64,000 nt of DNA from an uncultured Pseudomonadota bacterium (GTDB lineage: Bacteria; Myxococcota_A; Polyangia; Fen-1088), in NCBI GenBank assembly GCA_963847705.1, contig CAWKBC010000047.1, positions 96,001 to 160,000 on the forward strand, written 5' to 3'. Numbering within the stretch: position 1 is the stretch's first letter; every line of letters starts with the position of its first letter. Below, piece after piece: positions 58,712 through 64,000 of this stretch. The notes under the pieces are model-generated. The model saw nothing but the letters and a program-made list of their open reading frames with translations. It had not been told where the DNA came from and made no database searches. A program made the translations under genes and the position numbers.

Positions 58712-59263
58712 ATGAAAAGAGCGAAGGGCGTTGGTGGTCTGGGTGTGGTGGCGGCGTGGGCGCTCTCGATGGGGGCGGTGGCAACCGCGCGGGCGCAGCC
58801 GCTGCCGGGTGGGGGACCGGTCCGGACGCAGGTGTCGCAGATCGAGACCCGCCTGCAGCAGGATCCCAACCTCAAGAACAATCCCATCCAGGTCACGGTC
58901 GCCAACGGCGTCGCCACCTTGACGGGGAAGGTCGACACCCAGGCCGAAAAGGCGGAGGCCTCACGCCTCGCGTCGGTGAGCGGCATCGTCGGGATCGACA
59001 ATCGGCTGGAGGTCGGCGACGCCAACCTCGACCAGTCGGTGGCGGACGATGCGCTGACCTCCAACATCAAGGAAGGGTTGATCGCCAGCCAGTCGGGCCA
59101 CTTCGATCACGTCTCGGTCGCGACCCACAACGGCGTCGTGACGTTGACCGGGTCGGTGGCCAACGAAAGGGCGCTCAAGCAGGTCCTGGAGATCGCCCAC
59201 GGCACCGACGGCGTCGCGGGGGTCGAGAACAAGCTGACCATCGCGCCGCCGAGTCAATATTGA
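58712..59263 (+). CDS. Periplasmic double-BON (OsmY-like) protein
   Basis: Signal peptide; NGVATLTGKV and NGVVTLTGSV BON repeats. Confidence 0.88.
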   Translation: MKRAKGVGGLGVVAAWALSMGAVATARAQPLPGGGPVRTQVSQIETRLQQDPNLKNNPIQVTVANGVATLTGKVDTQAEKAEASRLASVSGIVGIDNRLEVGDANLDQSVADDALTSNIKEGLIASQSGHFDHVSVATHNGVVTLTGSVANERALKQVLEIAHGTDGVAGVENKLTIAPPSQY

Positions 59264-59300
59264 GCCCCGGCGGGCCTCCGACCGCGATAGGTTCGAGTCC

Positions 59301-60311
59301 ATGAAGACGGTGGTGACCCTGTTGCGGGGAGATGGCATCGGACCCGAGGTGGTGGATGCCGCCGTGCGCGCGATCGAGGCGACGGGCGCGGAGATTGACT
59401 GGGAGCCGCGCGACGCGGGCGCGGGCGCCGTCCCCAAACATGGCGCGCCGCTGCCCGAGGCGACGCTGGAGTCGATCCGGCGCACGCGGCTCTGTCTCAA
59501 GGGCCCCCTGGCCACGCCCATCGGCGGTGGGTACGCCAGCGTCAACGTGGCGCTGCGACGGGAGTTCGATCTCTACGCCAACGTCCGGCCGGCCCGCACC
59601 TTCGCGGGGCTGGCGGGGCGCTACGACAAGGTGGATCTCGTGGTGGTCCGGGAGAACACGGAGGGCGAATACTCCGGCATCGAGCACTACATCGATCCGG
59701 CCCGGAACGCCGCCGAGGCGATCTCGATCATCACGCGGCACGGTTGTGATCGCATCGTCCGCTTCGCCTTCGAGTACGCCCGCGCCAACAAGCGCAAGCA
59801 GATCACGCTGGTGCACAAGGCGAACATTCTCAAGATGACCTCCGGTCTGTTTCTGCAGATCGGACGGGAGATCGCGGCGACCTACCCGGACATCGTCTTC
59901 AACGACCTCATCGTCGACAACACGGCGATGCAGCTGGTGCGCGATCCCACGCGGTTCGATGTCATCGTGACGACCAACCTGTTCGGCGACATCCTCTCGG
60001 ACCTCACCGCCGGGCTGGTCGGTGGGCTCGGCCTGGTGCCGGGGGCGAACATCGGCGAGGGGGCCGCCATCTTCGAGGCGGTGCATGGCACGGCCCCCGA
60101 CATCGCCGGCAAGGGGATGGCCAACCCGACGGCGGTGATGCTGGCCGGAGCGATGATGCTCGATCGGCTCGGGCAGCGCGACCGCGCGCTCCGCCTCGAG
60201 CGGGCGGTCCGTCAGGTGATCGAGGGCGGCCGGGATCTCACCCCCGATCTGGGAGGCAGCGGATCGACCACCTCGTTCACCGATCGCGTCATCGCCGCGC
60301 TGGGCGCCTAG
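59301..60311 (+). CDS. Isocitrate/isopropylmalate dehydrogenase family (NAD-IDH-like)
   Basis: GDGIGPEV, SVNVALRR, RENTEGEY, HKANILK, NLFGDILSD, EAVHGTAPDIAG. Confidence 0.9.
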   Translation: MKTVVTLLRGDGIGPEVVDAAVRAIEATGAEIDWEPRDAGAGAVPKHGAPLPEATLESIRRTRLCLKGPLATPIGGGYASVNVALRREFDLYANVRPARTFAGLAGRYDKVDLVVVRENTEGEYSGIEHYIDPARNAAEAISIITRHGCDRIVRFAFEYARANKRKQITLVHKANILKMTSGLFLQIGREIAATYPDIVFNDLIVDNTAMQLVRDPTRFDVIVTTNLFGDILSDLTAGLVGGLGLVPGANIGEGAAIFEAVHGTAPDIAGKGMANPTAVMLAGAMMLDRLGQRDRALRLERAVRQVIEGGRDLTPDLGGSGSTTSFTDRVIAALGA

Positions 60312-60323
60312 CCCCGGGCCCGA

Positions 60324-61708
60324 TCAGTTCGCACAGCGCGCCGATGGCGGCGTCGCCGCCGCCAGATCGCCGTCGGTGAGCGTCTCCAGGAAGCAGACCA
60401 GGTCGCTCACCTGCTGCTCGGTCATGGGGGGCTTCGTGCCCGGCGCCCGCCCATCGAGGGGGAGCTGGCTGTCGAGGTTCTTGCGGTCGCCGGCCGGAAG
60501 ATCGTCGTACTTCTGGACGGTGCCGCCCAGGTGCTGGGCGGTGACCAGGCCGTAGCGCGGGAAGTCGGGGTCGGGCTTCGCCTTGGCGCGACCGCCGGCG
60601 GTCGGGTACCAGAGCTCCGGGCGGGTGTCGCGGGTGTTGTAGAAGCGGACCGCCTGCTCGAGCGAGTGGATGACGCCGTTGTGGAAGAAGGCGCCGCGGG
60701 TGGCGACGTTGCGCAGGGTGGGCGTCTTGAACAGGCCGCAGTACTCGGGGAACTTGGTGTGATCGTCGCGGAGCGGGCCGCAGATGCCGAGATCGCGGTA
60801 CTTGTGGTCGCGGTTGGCGGGGATCTCCGGGTTGCGCGGGACGCCGATCGCCTCGAAGGAGAAGTCGGTGAACTGGGCCGGTGCGCCGTCGTTGAAGCTG
60901 GCGTCGGCCAGGTGGCAGCCCTGGCAGTTGCCGGTCTCCTTGTCCTTGAAGACCTTGAGCCCGCGTTCTTCGGCGGGCGTCAGCTCGGAGCCCGGCTTCT
61001 TGTAGAGATAGAGGTCGTACTTGCTGTTGTAAGGATGGAAGCTGGGGTCCTCGATCTGAAACGACTGCAGGGCCAGCTGCACCTTGCTGAAGGCGACGTC
61101 GACGTCGGCCAGCGCCGCCGCGCCGAAGGCGCCAACGAACTCGGGCGCCGCGGGTGAGGCCCGGAGCCTGGCCACCAGCTCGGCGGGGCTGGCGTTGGCC
61201 ATCTCGAACGGCGAGAGCAGCGGCGCCTTGGCCTGCTCGGAGAGCGAGTTGGCCCGCCCGTCCCAGGCGAACCCGCCGCCGGGCGCGGGGAGGCTGAAGC
61301 CGTCGGGGTTGTCGAGAGATCCAGATAGCCGGGGGTGAACTCCTTGTAGCGGATGGACGGCGTGGCGCGCAGTCCGGGCGAGGTCCCCTGGGGGCCACCG
61401 AGCTGCACCGCCAGGCCGTTGGGCGGACCGTAGCCGTGCGCCGGATCGTGGCAGGTCGCGCAGGACATCTGCCCGGAGGCGGAGAGGCTCTTGTCGAAGA
61501 AGAGGAGCTTGCCGACCTGCGCCGCCGGCGTGAGGTGGTGCGGGGGCGGGGCGGCCGGCCCGGGCGCCAGCTCGGCGGCCGGCTTCTCGGACGGGAGCTG
61601 CCCGACCGAACCGTCGGCACGCGAGCAGGCGTCGACGGGGAACGTGAGGCAGGCGAGCGCGAAAACGGTGCCTGCGTTGCGCTTCCAGATGTCTCGCGAA
61701 TCAATCAT
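60324..61708 (-). CDS. Diheme cytochrome c peroxidase/MauG-superfamily protein (frameshift near 61315)
   Basis: GKLLFFDKSLS..CATCH, WDGRA..L.EQA..P..EM, CQGCH, FKTPTLRNV..FFHNG. Confidence 0.88.
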
Positions 61709-61735
61709 GCGTCTCCCCGGGTTCGGTCTTGCCGA

Positions 61736-61786
61736 AACGAAAAACGACCGGCGCCCCTCACCCCGTCGAGCGGGGGGCGCCGGTCG
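61736..61786 (-). terminator. Terminator-like hairpin between phosphoesterase and peroxidase
   Basis: CGACCGGCGCCCC...GGGGCGCCGGTCG followed by T-rich tract on the minus strand. Confidence 0.6.
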
Positions 61787-61799
61787 GAACGAGGACGGC

Positions 61800-64000
61800 C
61801 TACTGGTTAAAGTCGAACGCGTCCCACAGGTCGGTGAGCGCCGGGGAGTTGACCGGGGCGTACGGGTTGTCCGCGGTGGTCTGCGGGTTCGGCAGGTTGT
61901 CGCGGCTGCGGCCGGTGATCGGCGCGAGCTGCCAGTTCTTCTCGATGAACTTCAGGATCGAGACGTGGTCCGCGTACCCGTGGTTCACCTTACCGCCCGT
62001 GGTGTAGGGCGAGACGATGATGAGCGGGATCCGCGTGCCGTCGCCGAAGAAGTCGAGCGGCTGGATGTAGCCCGAGTCGTAGTAGCCGCCGCCCTCGTCG
62101 AAGGTGACCATCACGGCCGTGCTGGCCGCCAGCGCCGGGTTGGCCTGCAGCTTGACCAGGATGTTCTTCACGTACGACTCGTAAAGGTCGAGCTTCGACG
62201 ACGACGGGTGTCCGTCCATCACGCCGTCCGGGTGGGCGTAGGAGACCGACGGCAGCGTGCCGTTGGCGATGTCGGTGTACATGTCGGTGGTGTCCTTCAT
62301 GTGCTCCGCCACCGAGGCCGGATCGCCCATGACCTGGGCCTGGTACTCGAACGGGTTGCAGATCTGGCAGTAGCCGTTGTTGGTGTTGAACCCGCCGCCG
62401 TAGAAGCGCCAGGAGATCCCCTTGGCGTTGAGCGAGTCGGCGATCGACTTTTGGTTGGTGGGCGGCACCACCGTCCCCGACTGCACGTTGCCGTGCGGGT
62501 CGTAGGTCGGGTTGGTGTTGTTCAGGTAGTAGTAGGTGTTCGGCGCGCAGTTCGGGTTCGGGTGGCTGGGCAGCGAAGCCAGGTAGCCGAGGATCGGCGC
62601 GACGCCCGGCTGGGTCGGGTCGGAGCAGTTGCTGAAGTTTCCGTCCACCGTGTAGTTGTTGTTGGTCCCGGACTTGGGGTTCGGGTTGGCGATCAGGCTG
62701 GCCGGCGGCATGGCCGGGCTGCCGGTCTTTCCGTCGGTCCAGGCGACCGCGTCGCCGAAGCCGGCCATCGAGTGGTCGGCGCCCGTGCCGCCCATGAACG
62801 ACTGGTGCATGTTGTCCGACAGCGTGTAGCTGTTGGCCAGCATGGTGAGGAACGGCATGTCGCCGTTCTGCACGTTGGTGAACGCCATGCTGCTCCCCAC
62901 GCCGTTGTCCGAGGTGGAGAAGGAGATGCCGACGAACGGGAAGAGATCGCTCACGCAGCCGCTCGGGTTGGCGGCGGTGGCGTTGGAGACCGAGCAGTCG
63001 GTCTGCTGCCACATCTGGTAGAAGCGGTGGATGATGTCGCCGGTGTACGAGTCGTAGGGCATCGTCGGGCCGGTCAGCTGGAACGACCCGTTCGGCAGGT
63101 TGGCGGCGTTGGTGACGCGCGTGTCGACCGTGCGCGCCGGAAGGCCAGTGGCGCCGGTGGTCACCAGGTTGATGTCGGCCGGGAAGATGTCGGTCTCGAA
63201 GGCGGCCTGCGCGGTGGTCTGGAAGGGCGGCGCGGTCGGCCGCTGCGCGCTCGGCGCGCCCGAGGTGCTGGGCGGCGGCAGGGTCGCGTAGGGCGACTTG
63301 CTGTCGGGCGCGATCCAGAACGCCGTCTGCGCGGCGGCCTGTGACTGCGCGGAGACCGCGAAGTTCGGGCCGGGCGTGCCGTCGGCGTTGACGATCCCCT
63401 TCGACAGGAGGTTGGAGATCGTCTGTCCCGACTTGGGGACGTAGGTGCCGAAGGCGTGGTCGAAGGACCGGTTCTCGCCGATGAGCACGATGACGTGCTT
63501 GATCGGCGATTGCGCCTGCGGCTCCGTGCAGACGACGTCGATCGACTGCTGCGAGGCGCAGGCCGAGTCGCCGTCGGAGGCCGCCAGGGTGACCGTCACC
63601 ATGCCCACCTGGGTGCAGGTGAAGTTGGCGCTGGCGCTGGCCGGGGTGTCGATGGTGCCGGAGCTGGCCGTCCAGCCATAGCTGAGCGCCGCGGGGCCGT
63701 GGTCGACGTCGACCGCGGTGGCGGTGAGCGAGATGGTCCCGCCGACGGCGGCGTTGGCCGGGCTGGCGCCGACCGCGTCGATGCGCGGGCAGGCGTTGAG
63801 CACGCCGTTGACCACGATGCTGCCGGTCTGCGGCTGCAGGTTGCAGGTGATCGCAACCGGGACCGCGACGGTCGTCGTGCTGGTCACGTCGAACGAGGCG
63901 GAGCCCATGCAGACGCCCAGGCCGTCGGCGGTGGTCCCCTTGAGGGAGATCTGATAGCCGGTGCCGAACGGGATCCCGCTGATGATGGCGTTGACCGCCG
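61800..64000 (-). CDS. Phosphoesterase (phospholipase C/AcpA family) with N-terminal Ig/PKD-like modules, 5'-truncated
   Basis: IKHVIVLIGENRSFDHAFG, DGHP, TFDEGGGYYD, GDGTRIP, DHVSILKFIE; open to the window edge. Confidence 0.9.
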   Translation of the reverse strand, partial: AVNAIISGIPFGTGYQISLKGTTADGLGVCMGSASFDVTSTTTVAVPVAITCNLQPQTGSIVVNGVLNACPRIDAVGASPANAAVGGTISLTATAVDVDHGPAALSYGWTASSGTIDTPASASANFTCTQVGMVTVTLAASDGDSACASQQSIDVVCTEPQAQSPIKHVIVLIGENRSFDHAFGTYVPKSGQTISNLLSKGIVNADGTPGPNFAVSAQSQAAAQTAFWIAPDSKSPYATLPPPSTSGAPSAQRPTAPPFQTTAQAAFETDIFPADINLVTTGATGLPARTVDTRVTNAANLPNGSFQLTGPTMPYDSYTGDIIHRFYQMWQQTDCSVSNATAANPSGCVSDLFPFVGISFSTSDNGVGSSMAFTNVQNGDMPFLTMLANSYTLSDNMHQSFMGGTGADHSMAGFGDAVAWTDGKTGSPAMPPASLIANPNPKSGTNNNYTVDGNFSNCSDPTQPGVAPILGYLASLPSHPNPNCAPNTYYYLNNTNPTYDPHGNVQSGTVVPPTNQKSIADSLNAKGISWRFYGGGFNTNNGYCQICNPFEYQAQVMGDPASVAEHMKDTTDMYTDIANGTLPSVSYAHPDGVMDGHPSSSKLDLYESYVKNILVKLQANPALAASTAVMVTFDEGGGYYDSGYIQPLDFFGDGTRIPLIIVSPYTTGGKVNHGYADHVSILKFIEKNWQLAPITGRSRDNLPNPQTTADNPYAPVNSPALTDLWDAFDFNQ

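Overview
High-GC window that looks like Myxococcota (MYXO-CTERM anchors, Cys-rich repeats, many GTGG/GAAG-linker lipoproteins). No rRNA, tRNA, transposase or CRISPR-Cas was recognised. 1-19.8 kb holds a C25-peptidase/DUF2341-LamG surface polyprotein, a MacAB-TolC-type exporter, PMM/PGM, manC, a large helical-repeat protein, hisD and a PL5 alginate lyase. About 19.9-50.2 kb is an accessory cell-envelope island. It encodes a sigma-54 activator, a Cyc2-like cytochrome-porin fusion, a tandem double-signal-peptide protein, Cys/Gly-rich lipoproteins, a roughly 1240-aa four-CxxCH SO2930-like cytochrome, its own signal peptidase I, an oversized PstS-like protein without pstCAB, Ig/PKD lipoproteins, two small heme lipoproteins, an OprO/P-type porin, an NtrBC-like pair, an RND pump and a second porin with a Pho-box-like repeat upstream. 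This island is the best candidate for an undescribed system, possibly surface redox chemistry coupled to phosphate acquisition; the function is inference. 51-64 kb holds ArsR, an AmpG-like MFS, a TolB-like lipoprotein, gluconolactonase, a MEDS-GAF-GAF kinase, a BON protein, an IDH-family enzyme and a phosphoesterase/diheme-peroxidase pair. At least five genes are split by small indels, most likely sequencing or assembly errors. All family assignments come from motif recognition by eye, not database searches.
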